Source: Sporopachydermia quercuum (lineage: Eukaryota). From it: a stretch of DNA of 64,000 nucleotides. The translations under genes and the position numbers were made by a program. Shown here piece after piece: positions 45,001-56,196 of this stretch. Numbering within the stretch: the stretch's first letter is position 1; the number at the start of each line of letters is the position of its first letter. The notes beneath the pieces are model-generated. The model saw only the letters and a program-made list of their open reading frames with translations, searched no databases and was not told the DNA's origin. Where the stretch lies: positions 682,001 through 746,000 of the forward strand of contig BCGN01000005.1 of NCBI GenBank assembly GCA_001599295.1. Direction: 5' to 3'.

Positions 45001-46709
45001 CGAGAAATCCGTTTAGAAAACCTCAACTTAGATTTGTTGAATTTACCTAGATTTGCACTCTTATGCTCCTCCTCTGGTAGGTTTTCTTGTAATGATGCTA
45101 ATGATTGTTCTAATATAGTGCTTTGAGGTTCGTTATTTAAACCTGCGTACTCATCATGAAGATTGAACGTTGAACTACACGATGAATTACTTGTTAATGA
45201 CGCTAATGAATTTCCATCGTCATATTGACAAGTATTTCCGCTATTGTCACTAGTAACCTGTTTATTTGATCTTCTGAGATCAACTTGGACAGGAACTCTG
45301 ACATTTGTTGATACAGAATCAACAGAAGCTTCTCTATTATGTTTACTTTGACTATCGCCATGATTTTGATTTAGATTGTTGATTTCAGTTCTACTATTAC
45401 CAACTAATGGCTCATTTAGCTTTTTCTCCTTTGTTGAATCGGAAAATGGAGCCATCATCAAGCCAAGTCCGAAGGTTTCAGCGTCCATGGCATCATAGCT
45501 AGTAGAATTGGGAATATTTTGGTTTCCAGATTTTATTAGATTTCCAATTTCATTTTTCCATTGCCTGATCTGCTCATATTCTGGACAATAGAAATAGTAT
45601 TTGGAGGTTGTATAATTCTCATACAATAAGAATGAGAATTCATCTATTTCTGACCTTGAAACATCTAATTGAGACTCATTCTCTAACTCCTTGGCTAGTG
45701 GCTTGTAAACATTTTCTTTAATAACATCTTCAGGATTAAAAATAAACGAGTCTCTGTTTCTCCCACTGATTTGGGCGTTATCAGGAAATATCTCATTAGA
45801 CAATGATATTCCTTCCAGCCTAATTGGTGGCATTAAAAGCGTCCTTCCTATATCATCAACCTCACAAATGGCCAATGCAGGTTTCCTTGAATACTTGGAA
45901 TCAAACTTATCATCATATTCATTTATGATTAAGAGCTCAATGAATTTCATGTTCCAGGAAATGTTTAAGTTTTCATTGACAAACCAAAAGTTGAAGAAAG
46001 CCCGTTTCATTACAGAAGCAGGATTGAATGAAGAACAACATTTTCTCAGTTTCCCAGCTGTCGAGTCAACATATTGAACTTGGGAGAAATTGATTTTGTT
46101 ATTGTCAATGAATGTTCGTTCCTTATTGATTTTATACCTTATAATGTCATTAAGTGAACTGAACCCAGCAGCTGCTTTTGAAAGGTATAAATCTTCATTG
46201 GGCGATTCTAATAAGCATCTCAACAATTTTGAAACATACCGCACGCGAACCAAAGGCCTCTTAAGTAAATAGATCATTTGTAGTGCATCATCAGGATCAT
46301 AGTTATATGTTTCAATGTATTCTTGATAATGTCGTTTAACATTGAAAGCCCAAGAAGCTAGATGAGCCGGATCCTTAGGTAACAATTTGTGAGCTGATAT
46401 CAAATCTGAAACGATGATCTTTAGATAATTCACGTAGGTAGCATTTGATCTACCATTTGCATTTAACCCACTCAAAGTCTTTGGAGGTAACAGTAAAGAT
46501 TTTAGTAATTCCAATTCTTGTAAATAAGTCTTTTCAGTGATTACCAAATCTTTTAGTAGTGATGGAGTAATGCTTGTCTGGTTATTGTCATTTTCAAAGT
46601 CTAACGACTGTCGTTGCTGAGATGTGTTTAACAAGTTCAGCGACAGCTCGTTTAGAGCCCCTCTCCTTGGCTCTAATGTAGCACGTGTATTCACTATTGG
46701 TTTAGTCAT
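42030..46709 (-). CDS. Uncharacterised 1559-aa protein: N-terminal degenerate DH (RhoGEF-like) domain, probable PH-like folds, Ser/Asn-rich linkers
   Basis: LLKDLVITEKTYLQELELL resembles DH helix CR1 and YLLKRPLVRVRYVSKLL resembles CR3. A beta-rich region ending EQIRQWKNEI and a second one near WAKVSQW..MFRFK are PH-like. Confidence 0.6.
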   Translation of the reverse strand: MTKPIVNTRATLEPRRGALNELSLNLLNTSQQRQSLDFENDNNQTSITPSLLKDLVITEKTYLQELELLKSLLLPPKTLSGLNANGRSNATYVNYLKIIVSDLISAHKLLPKDPAHLASWAFNVKRHYQEYIETYNYDPDDALQMIYLLKRPLVRVRYVSKLLRCLLESPNEDLYLSKAAAGFSSLNDIIRYKINKERTFIDNNKINFSQVQYVDSTAGKLRKCCSSFNPASVMKRAFFNFWFVNENLNISWNMKFIELLIINEYDDKFDSKYSRKPALAICEVDDIGRTLLMPPIRLEGISLSNEIFPDNAQISGRNRDSFIFNPEDVIKENVYKPLAKELENESQLDVSRSEIDEFSFLLYENYTTSKYYFYCPEYEQIRQWKNEIGNLIKSGNQNIPNSTSYDAMDAETFGLGLMMAPFSDSTKEKKLNEPLVGNSRTEINNLNQNHGDSQSKHNREASVDSVSTNVRVPVQVDLRRSNKQVTSDNSGNTCQYDDGNSLASLTSNSSCSSTFNLHDEYAGLNNEPQSTILEQSLASLQENLPEEEHKSANLGKFNKSKLRFSKRISRKIGLSSIASEPQPQLQSKTQSQPEYQKPPRQKLRPTSHDNKSVHSLSTIQTFNDTKSITTITGSIDFKSKLSLTNNPTTKTELADQRNSLSSEGSNHIINNTSSDHLETARIKQKSKSRFSMFKKQEKVSKAERSSRTKSLFMRSSKSDDSLGTSSVINRSESDKCVDLQSKIPILEESELEAEEVKKGLNDKDFDNQKQTGFKKIEENATREAKKDKRKKKAMSIFGTISRKKNQILTSESSNSLCIDNQIFEIINTLEAPKPERELSVSNSESFDSFVSASSDFSVMSSGGAGLISNDTTIDSNLSSLNGNENGNGNGKITAAIDSEGISILETKEEEQDEYEECFDNSCEELKGIHPTTSTPKDISYVLRQLEDDLTNSKINKTNSIGTLDLTEGGSSISLTTLDPQANTNVSSIDYAVGTTSTINFSFSGGALDGKSNISKVDDNFKSTISNSNETSKKSSLVGIPSNSNNDLPITPNSTKSKTLPSSLSNLNLSTQKPQVSSGALTSHGSSSSLNSSGLLSTGDAMICSSNVTMKSWAKVSQWIGSKWADSIDGDGLVIVSFSQEGSPILNVYSDKSIANKAILSINIDSNTSVRQSTFVDVQLKNSADMHMFRFKVSKEASSFVSVIDQMKIQSKQNIKNLSLKKPDSFNSSFASSSASYFSNSIAQSSSSSSLGSSSSITFNSPNKFTTHNGHSVTSLGTSSGTIDQKRFSSTPNLPYRPVNLQRPKSIIGTPSVLEMGSNNSSAASLTPKNASSTVLNELLVLSNHTCEVMVKNQFINSEGVDVIQYSQEKANRRKSLLPLKEKRKQVTSSSSSPEEWIPVGTAKLFVHAIPEKANIKKVTLYKSSFPQAKTLRETINCENFDFSGSNYNQYIDTNKNGFARKYVGYLLEQVCSSSNILLNDYISLDSFSKYKTGTNAYGIRIDFKRSHKHITNLPLQYEELVEEIYGENVPSGDDVLFSIVLQSKNEKECNSNLEVLTCS

Positions 46710-47305
46710 GATGCTGATGTGGTGATGTGATTATGAGTAATAGTAGTTCTCACAAAGGTACTTCGATGAAGGATAATGAATAATGGAGAGTTCCAACAGG
46801 ACAAGTGAACGCTCAATTGATTTGTATTGCAGAGGAGAACCAATGAGAACCAATGTGTGAGAGACTTTGTAGGAGACAACGATATATTAGCAATCTAATC
46901 CATCGGTTCAATTGATATCATAATTTATCCCTTGAAACTATCAAAACAGAGAAAGAAACATACGACAAGCAATCAAGAAATAAAAAATAGTAAAGCAGGT
47001 AAAGAAAAATCATCAATGACAAATGAACGATAGGTAAAGAAGATGGTACAAGCTTCCCCGAGCACAACTTTAATGTATAATGTAGGTGAATAGTAACACC
47101 AGATCGCGCATCGTTTCTTTGTAGAAATAAGCATCAATCTTCGGTTTGTCATTAAAAGGAACAAAAATTCCAATTGGTTGTAGAATTGGCCGTGTTCGAT
47201 ATTCGGATCAATCCATGATTAATAGACAATTTCCTCAATGGGAATCAGTGTTCAAAAGTTACGGCTATAGTGAGTTATTATTTGAAAGAGACAAACAGGA
47301 TTAAT

Positions 47306-47713
47306 ACGCGAAATGATATACCGAAAACAAGACAATCAATTCTTTTTTGCTGGATTTGGATATATAATGGTTGAAAAAGAAACTAGAATTTGGTGAACGC
47401 ATCAAATTCGAGTCATTCATTCTCAGAGGAATTCTTTCAGGCAGTATAGATGCGACGCGTCGTAAACGTTCTGGAATCACGACACCAATCATGAGTCTTG
47501 TTTACGAGTGCAAACAAAGCGGAAGAAACATGGCAGCTCTTGATCTAAAAGATAGTTATGATATATAGATGAAATATTGATATTTTGTTAATTTATCGTT
47601 ACATTTATATAAATTTTAGCATTTTTTATTCAAGTGTTCCCACTTCAACAACATAAAAAATTCATCATGACTGTCTGAATTGTACGCGTTTTAAGTATTT
47701 GATGTTTACGCGT
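47306..47713. promoter_or_regulatory. Cluster of MCB/SCB and forkhead elements
   Basis: ACGCGAAA at 47306-47313; ACGCGT at 47455, 47684 and 47708; TGTTTAC at 47499 and 47703. Confidence 0.65.
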
Positions 47714-48205
47714 TCATACGTGAAGTTTTCACGTTCCGAATTCGGAAATCTTATATAAAATATAGAGAGTTTGATGATTTCATAGAGAACCAAGATATGA
47801 TTTTCAGTGGTTGAACGTTTTTTCAGTTCGGATATAACCAAGTTTCGTTATCATGACGAAGTTTGGGAAGCACTGACAAGTACTGAAATCTTATTTATAC
47901 ATTACAGATTTGTGTTGAATACGTCAGTTGTATATCANTTCTGCAAAGATTTTCAATTCTATTCTGTATTTTAAGATTAATGTATGATCATGTATAGAAA
48001 CTTTATTCCGTAAACTCTATCTGCTAATTATTTTCATGGAAACATTCACGAACATTATCAAATTTAAGGAATACTACTGGTACTGGACTAATTTTCATCT
48101 CAGATTATGAGGATTTTGTAACAACCTTATGTTTCATTCGATCTTATCAATATAGGAAGTTGAAACTGTCCCAAATCTACTTATTTCTCACTTTATTTCC
48201 CTTTA

Positions 48206-49327
48206 TCATGATTCTTCATCCTCATAACTGACTTTTGATTCTATGAAATCATCTATAAGTTCACCATTGGAATCGGTAAAAGTCTTGAATGATTCGTTCC
48301 AAGCAACACCATTCACTTTACGATTGAATGCAGGGCCCCATGCAGCTAGTATGCCTTTCAGATACGTAGATTGATGAGTATATATGATTCGACATGGCTC
48401 ATCAGCAATTGCACTGAGTTGATCTAATTTCGAGCTTTTGGGAAGAAAGAGAACAACATTTTCAGATATAGATCTACATTTATCGAATATTGTTTTGCTA
48501 TGGTATGTTAGGTCAACAGCCATCAGATTTACTGTCTTTACCTCTACTTATATCGAATAAAAGTTCAACTTACCAAGGGACTATCAAATCTTTCTCTAAA
48601 TCAAACTGTTTCTTTGAATAGGATTCACCACCCCAAGGGGGACTTGCAAAGACGGCATCCACTTTCTCTGATGTTTCGAATCCAAAAAAATCCTCATTAA
48701 CATAAGTTACATATTCTGCCACGCCATATATCTGAGCATTATGNTCACCCATTAGTAGAAAGGATTCATCGATTTCGACTGCAATTACTAAAAGAAAAAG
48801 AGCGAGTTAGCTTGAGTCTCTTTCANTGATTTCCATTGACCTTACCTCATAAAACAAACGCAGCTTCCGGCATACCTTTTTCAAAAATTGTGCCAAAATG
48901 AACAGTATTACCACCTGCCCCAGCAAATGCATCTACAATCACTCCATTCCCACAGTGATAAGCGATAAACTCTGCAGTAAAGCTAGGTAATGTTAGCATA
49001 TACTAAAAACATTTCTTTAACAACTTATCACTTTTTATTCGTACATTCCTATGGATTCAGGTGTGACACTGAACCATTGATCGCCTTGTATTTTGATACC
49101 CTCATCGAATCTAGAAAACAGTTGATAGCGACGATTCCACCATTTTCTATAAATGAACGTTGTTAGCACTAATTCTTCCATTGGAATAACATTGAATCAA
49201 TCGTTCAATATAGCTGACACCTTCATTGAACATACAAATTATTTTTTGATTGGTTTGCACTGTCAGTTGGCAACACCTTATTTGATCTATCATTCAACTT
49301 ATCCTCTGTTTCCACATTCACTTNCAT
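48206..49327 (-). CDS. TGS1: Trimethylguanosine synthase Tgs1, 5 exons, about 268 aa
   Basis: Exons 49327-49236, 49146-49045, 48982-48876, 48787-48574 and 48497-48206 total 807 nt with an open frame. Spliced product has [34 protein letters not shown] (SAM binding), [17 protein letters not shown] and VVLFLPK. The start codon is the least certain part. Confidence 0.9.
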
Positions 49328-49958
49328 GATCTTCCCATCAATTGAACTCTCTCGCTTAAAACTACTGATATACCAGTGCCCTCGATAGATCAACGTCTTC
49401 TCACAAAGATTTGAGTCAATGCTATACTAAAACTGTCAAAAGAAACCAAATCTATACCGATATACTATTTAACGAATACATATATAAAACGCATTGATCA
49501 ATCAATATTAATTATATAATTCATTAACAAGCACACATTTACTCATAGTCCAGTATAACATAAGAAGAAACTATGTAAAAATAATGCAGCTATAGTGCAA
49601 GTCAAACTTAATTTCTAAACATAAGTAAATCTTAAAGGTGAGACTTGTAGTATGTACTGGATTTTACTGAGGTTAGTAGATTTCATCATTCCACAGAGTA
49701 AGAAATTTCACAAGGACAAAGAATGGAAAAAAAATGAGGAAAACGCCAGAGGATCAACTTTTTCAATAGAAGAAGGCACAATTGGGCCTGAGATCCGTTG
49801 ATAGAAATATTAAAAAAAAAACATAGATAAAAGATTAGTAGGTTTAGCAATCGGGTTAGGGAACTACTGTATCAAAAGTTAGTGATACGAGATTGTTGTA
49901 TTACGTAGTTGGAAGAAGGTGGAAACAGGATTGCAATAGCAAAAAAATCTGATTCAAA

Positions 49959-51287
49959 ATGCAAACCAATTTTGTTGTTATGGACGGTATCCTGTCCAGT
50001 TTAGTAGAAGAATATGCAGAATATATTGATGTTTTGAATGGAGTAGATGTTGAAGGGGAAGATTCTTTTACAAACCAACTGGCTCAGCTAGCATCTGTAG
50101 TATTGGTTGAAACGGAAAATGGTGGAGAAGAGTTATTGTTATCAGATGAGAATAAGCCCGTGGTGGAAGAACTGTTTGAAAAAATCAGTGACAGCTCAAA
50201 ATACATCAGTGAAAATGCCGGACCTGAAGAATTCGAACCAAGCTTCAATCTTTTACTTCCAATTTCTAATTACTTTCTAGATTCTGTTGATGAGAAGTAT
50301 ATGAAGACAATTATTGAGAATATTGGAAAGTCCGAAACGGTGCCAGTGAAATCAGTTTTATCGACATTATTGAACTATTTCAACAACTTACCTGCCGAAA
50401 ATGTTAGTTTAAAATTAGCTTCATTCAACGCTATCTTGTCAGTTATTGAAAAATCAAAAAAGAATTCTTATGTGAAATATTTAATCCCATCTTTAGACAA
50501 AATCTTTGCCGATTTGAAACTAAGTGATGGTGAAATTTTAGATTACTACTTGAAAGTGGTTGCCTTGGTTGAAAAGTTCGACGAAAAGTTGGCACATAAT
50601 TTGCTATACAAGATTGTTTCTACTCTACCATTTTCTAGAATCAATGTTACTACTTCATTGATCGTAAAGACTTTGAATGATACAAATATTCCAAAGCTTG
50701 ATGAAGTTTACCAGCTCGACGCTGTTCAAGATTTAGCCGACAAAGAGCAAAGACTATTCGAACTATTGCAAATATTTTATAATGGCGACTTGGTGAAATT
50801 CAACNAGTTCAAAAACTCTAATGGTGAATTTTTCACTACCAATACATTGGATGTTGACATTTTGAGTGAGAAGATCAAGATACTAGCATTAACCAAATTG
50901 GTTCAACAAGTCATAACGATAAACAATAAATCAACNGGAAATGTACCTGTTGAGGCTGTTGAAGGCGCAGAATCTGCCGCAGAATCATCAAGTAATAATC
51001 GCAGTCTCCCATATGAAACAATTGCTAAAACACTTGATGTTCCTGCTTCAGATGTTGAATTTATACTAATCGATGCCATCAGAGCTGGTTTAATAGAAGG
51101 TAGATTAAGTCAAACTGAAGGCAAATTCGAAATTCATAAAGCTCAGTTTGTTGGTGATTTTAGTGGAGTTGACGGTACCCAAAAGGAAAATTGGGGTTTG
51201 CTATTAGATAAATTAGACGCTTGGAAATCTAATATTTCAAAGATAAAAACAGTTCTAAAGAATGCAAAAGAATCTGCAAGAGCATAA
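49959..51287 (+). CDS. PCI-domain protein, probable translation initiation factor eIF3 subunit M
   Basis: C-terminal PCI/winged helix (EKIKILALT..LPYETIAKTLDVP..DVEFILIDAIRAGLIEGRLSQ), W..L..KLDAWKSNI coiled tail and the N-terminal EFEPSFNLL motif typical of fungal eIF3m. Confidence 0.82.
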   Translation: MQTNFVVMDGILSSLVEEYAEYIDVLNGVDVEGEDSFTNQLAQLASVVLVETENGGEELLLSDENKPVVEELFEKISDSSKYISENAGPEEFEPSFNLLLPISNYFLDSVDEKYMKTIIENIGKSETVPVKSVLSTLLNYFNNLPAENVSLKLASFNAILSVIEKSKKNSYVKYLIPSLDKIFADLKLSDGEILDYYLKVVALVEKFDEKLAHNLLYKIVSTLPFSRINVTTSLIVKTLNDTNIPKLDEVYQLDAVQDLADKEQRLFELLQIFYNGDLVKFNXFKNSNGEFFTTNTLDVDILSEKIKILALTKLVQQVITINNKSXGNVPVEAVEGAESAAESSSNNRSLPYETIAKTLDVPASDVEFILIDAIRAGLIEGRLSQTEGKFEIHKAQFVGDFSGVDGTQKENWGLLLDKLDAWKSNISKIKTVLKNAKESARA

Positions 51288-52562
51288 TATTGGTTCATAA
51301 ATTTTCTCATAGTTTGCACTTTAATGTATAGATAAAGAAACGTGTCTCATACTCAATTACTCCAAGGTCATATTTTGATTGCAGTAATAATTTATTGAAG
51401 AGGTGTTCTTTTTTCCAAACAGTAGATGTTAATTTTGTATTATGTAATTGGTGATCAACTAATCAGTTTTTCTATAATCATTTTCAGCAATATTACTACT
51501 AGGGTAATTCAGTAGAACAAATGTTGCTAGAGTTCTGAAGTTTCAGCCCTGTCCATAGTTGATCGATGATTTGCAACATATAAACTAGATTACTGCAACT
51601 CAAATTAATCATCTTGTTTATGTTCATGTTTCTGTCCCCAGTATAGAGAGTTCCAGCACTTTTCAGTAATTACCGATTTCAGTACATACAATTCTGCTCT
51701 TCTCTTGAATTATAGAATAGATGAACTTTGGATAAACTTCGCATTTCGATATTCATTACCTAACCATGTTTCATGGGTTTTATTTACGAACAGTTTGATA
51801 GAGTTAAGAATATACGTAGGGAAACAAAGTTAGGTGATACGAGTCAGAACTACCCTTTTAGTGAACAACTTTTTTAACTTAGTTGAAAAGATACCTCATG
51901 TACAGACCTTCAGGGTTTATAACGAATTAATTTATTGATTTGATGTACTGAGTCAAGTTTAATGTTATCTGGCAACCCACTCATACGATAGAAGGCTGCT
52001 TGAATTTTCTTAAAGTATTATTACACTTTGAACAATTATAAGAAGATTACTTAAGTATGATATTAGAGTGTCAAATAGGAAATAGCCTTAGAATTCAAGA
52101 GGTTGGTGGATTATTGCCTAAGTTGACTAGCTAGAGTTCTAGGTATACATTTCACAAGTATCGATAGGTATCTAACAATAATTTGATTTTCTTATTTCAG
52201 TGCNAATGACTGTGTTAAATAAATAAAATTTATATTTGAGTGTTATCACAGTTAAATGGAATACCTCACTCAATTCCACATCCTATTAACGAATAATTAC
52301 AGGAGCAAAACTTCGGAAAATATTATGTATTATAGTTTCCGTAATTAATTTGCTGACAAATTTTCAGCAGAACAGAAGAAAATGATTCTTCCCTGTTCGT
52401 GATGAACCCGAGCTACTGAATTGGGGAACTGACATAGATCGCTTGTCTGATTATTCAAACTACTACCATGTTGAATGACTTCTCATTGAGGTTGTTAATG
52501 CGTTGTTGTGATAGACGGATTATTTTCTTCTTCGACAATACTCATTGTTAACCTTGTTCACC

Positions 52563-52835
52563 ATGGCCAAAGCAGCTTACAAATCTCCTGACCTTTCGGT
52601 CACTATTGAAGGAAAAGAAGAGTATGTGTTTAGCAAGGAGGATAGAGATCAGAATGGACCTAGTGAATTGAAAACCACACCTCTTGGTAAATTACGAGGA
52701 ACTATAATGAGCCTGCAAGACCAAATCAATGAATTTCTTACTAAGAGAATGCAGAAGGATAGCGCAACCGTGGAAGAAGACCTGGAAAGAAGAGCTTTAG
52801 ATGGCGAAGAGGACGATAGCTCAGATAATGAGTAA
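52563..52835 (+). CDS. GON7: EKC/KEOPS subunit Gon7
   Basis: ATG at 52563; A.YKSPD, NGPSE, T.LGKLRGTIMSLQDQINEFLTKRM and an acidic tail. Confidence 0.85.
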   Translation: MAKAAYKSPDLSVTIEGKEEYVFSKEDRDQNGPSELKTTPLGKLRGTIMSLQDQINEFLTKRMQKDSATVEEDLERRALDGEEDDSSDNE

Positions 52836-55668
52836 ATAATTTTATTTCACAGAGAGACGCAGTGAACTACTGCTTGAAGCGGCCCGTCAAATTTTGATTA
52901 AAAGGAACATTCAAAGGCACAAGTCAACAGCGCAATGGCTCAGTCGTCACAGGTTCAATATATTACATAACATAACTTTGATACGACAACTCCAAGCGAT
53001 AACAATGAAAGGCCAGAAAAACAAGTTTTTTTTAATTGTTCGACTCCTAAAGTATTTTTTTTATTCAAATTCAGTTTGATGTTAATACTCTGACATGAAA
53101 ACACTGGTTACAGTAGTAATTGTTGCATATCCTTGTTTTGCTCGTTTCAATAATTAATGAATAGTTCTCCGTGAATACACATTTACAATCTGAACGCTAA
53201 ACATATAGTTCAACCAGAAGTAATACTTGGAATCATATTTAATAAGATATTTTAAGATATTTTCATGTAATTTGTTTTTATTTTGATTCAAACATAATCA
53301 TTTGATTGATTTGATTACTGAACTCTCTTTTTTTTTCCTTTACGTATGTTAGCAAATTGTTCCTAGAGAACTGTTCGAACATCTACGACAGATTTTTTTC
53401 TCAACAAAGTAATCAGAACAAAAAACATAAAACAAATAACGTACTGATTAGTAAACAAGAGATTCTTAAGAATCCTACAGTGACAATAAGTATAATACAA
53501 TTTTTTCTGTTCTTCGTGTACTGTAATCAACTAATAAAATATCAATCAAGTTGATTTCAATATTTATACGGAGAAGTATAATAGTTTAGCCTTATATGTA
53601 TATTAAGATCTCCACTATTGAAGAAGCTTCGTACCTGCATCATGGAAACCTGTTCGCTTGTTTAGACACTAATTATACGGATACGAATATAATGTTCAAG
53701 CGATTAAACTTACAACCTATATATGATAAATATATTTAAACTACAGTTGACTTTCATGATTTGTTCATCCTGAATGCCTGCATAGAATATCTTTTCTTGA
53801 CTGATTGGATTGGTTTAGAAAGCATATGTATTGTTGACCTTTCAAATAGATCACACTACAACATTTCACATTGAAGGAAGCAGAGCCTGAGTATTGGTGA
53901 TATCACTATAGGACTCGCACCAACACCGTGAAATCAATTAGAGTAATCAACAATATTATTTTTCTGGGAAGGAAACTAATAAAAGAACAAAAATTGACTG
54001 ATTGTTTTACTGTTATATTAAATAGAGGTTTAGACGCTCATTCTTACTCAAATGCTCAATAATACATATCCATGCATCAATCATGCATTTCTTTCTGTGT
54101 AGATATTTGTACGAGAAATACCAAGGATTCCGTTCATCGTCATCAAAATCAAGACTTTTACTCGTTATGGAATAGTCGTTTGATATGATTCAATTGTCAT
54201 TAAAGAACACCAAGCCAGAAATCTAAACTGCCCCAAATTTTTACTCAATCAGAATAAGAAACTAGACTGTTTGGGTACAGTATATTATGTGTTAATACAC
54301 ATGGTACGAAGAAATGAGAGTTGAACCTGTACTGATATATACATCATGTATGTAGCTCCCAGAACGACTTAGATTTCAACATTTTGAGTGGAACAAAAGT
54401 TTATCACTTCTGATGATCAACAGAGATAATGATACATATTTACAATTGAGAATCTATATAACTAGGCGTTAGGTAATATGGGAGAGAAAGTGAGGTTTAA
54501 AATAGATTGAACATTATAATTCTTGCATTTATTCGTAAGAACTAATTTAAAACAACTCAAGATTCTTTTCCACTTGGCGAATAAAGAGAGTTGTACGGTT
54601 AGAGTCACATTTATAGTTTTCAATTTCAGAAAGAGAAAAGAAAAAGCTCTGAAGGGCTTTAAATTTGTCAGTCACCCCTTTACAATGCCGCTATCTATGA
54701 TTTGAAGTATTAAACGAAAAAATCAGTCCAAGGGACTTTGCAGTTTCAAAACAAATCGTACATATTTTAATGCAGTTTTTCTTTAGGAAATTTTTCACAT
54801 TTGTTTCCACAGTTATGCAGTTGTCTATATTAACAATGTATCTTAGTAAACAGTACTATTTATGGCTTATGCGAGCGTTGTGCCTGTATAGACATTTGTC
54901 GACTACTTAATTAATAAAATCCTTAACTTTAACACATTATCGTATAACGAACGGATTTCGCAATATTAAGAAAATTGACTATCAGTAGTACTGTTATACG
55001 TAAATAGAGAAAAGTATGAATTGTTGATTACTTCAATCCACGATTTGAAAGCTTATAAATCAAACTCAACAATATATGTTCCAGTCTTCCGCGTATCCCC
55101 ATGGCCTAGATAACAATTCCCTTTCTTTGTTGTTCAGCTCAGTAACTTGTTCTTTCATTTCCAGTACCTCCGAAGTTAGAAAGATGGTTGCAACTAGAAC
55201 TATTTCCGCCTAGATAAACCTTAACGTTCTCATTAAGGTGGCTTACTTATTAGTTCCCATCACTATCCTGCATTTGTTCTAATACATATAAAGGAATCTT
55301 CTAATATATTTGAGAGGTTTAAACAACTTAGAATATTCAGGTTGTATTTAAAATGGTAATCATAATTGTTGAGGATTAAACACAGGGCCTGCTCCAATTG
55401 ATAATTTGGAAACCTGAGAACTTTTGGGAGATTCATATAGTAAATAACCTTAACTTGCAACTTGCCCAACCTTAACTTTCAAACGGGCACCTATAAAAGC
55501 CTAGTTTATTGATACACTAGACTATTGTTTAAACAATTACAATTGTGTGGTTGCCGATATTGTTCAAATCAAGGATCAAGAATATCCAAANACTGTTTCT
55601 TTATAGAGAAAATCCTTGTGCTATTATATCATTAAAGTGCTGAGAAGAACAAACATTTTAGTACTAGA

Positions 55669-56188
55669 ATGCCACTATCAACAAACAAAATCCAATCGTA
55701 CTGTGGAGTTGTACGTTAATCATCCAATTAAATACTTTGTTTACGAATTGTGAATTAAGTTTCAGAGACCATTGGTATCTTCTAAAAGTAACCATAGGAA
55801 TAAGTATGAACATGTATTTTATACTGTTTAACCTAAATCCATATTAAGTTTACTTGTACGCAACTAAGTTATAGATAATGCCAATTCTTACCAAAAATGA
55901 AATAATTCACATTCCTACATCTTTGACTTTCTAACTTTTGTTTTGTATTTTACATTAATAGACGATTGATGTTGAATGCTGGAATGACAATATTAAAGAT
56001 TGTCAAGTTCTTCTTAGATAATAGGAAAGAATCAAGAAATCAATAGGGCTTGATTGACAATCACACATATTTGGTATTGAAGGTAACAGGTACTGAGGGC
56101 GAGCGTGTTGTNGTAAGTTGATCTAAACAAATATAGAATTGGATGCTTCAAATTGAGGAATGAACCGAATAACTAATACAGTGAACAG
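55669..56188 (+). other. Putative spliced 5' leader (2 introns, uORFs) of the Myb/SANT gene
   Basis: TATAAAA at 55492. Intron A 55711-55961 (GTACGT..TTCTAAC..TAG) and intron B 56113-56188 (GTAAGT..AACTAAT..CAG), the latter ending 8 nt before ATG 56197. Confidence 0.55.
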
Positions 56189-56196
56189 AGATTATT

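Noticed and set aside
52399..52450. Box C/D snoRNA-like motifs (GTGATGA..CTGA..CTGA) upstream of GON7
   Set aside because: Only about 52 nt from box C to box D, no terminal stem, and I could not match the guide regions to rRNA or snRNA. A snoscan run would settle it.
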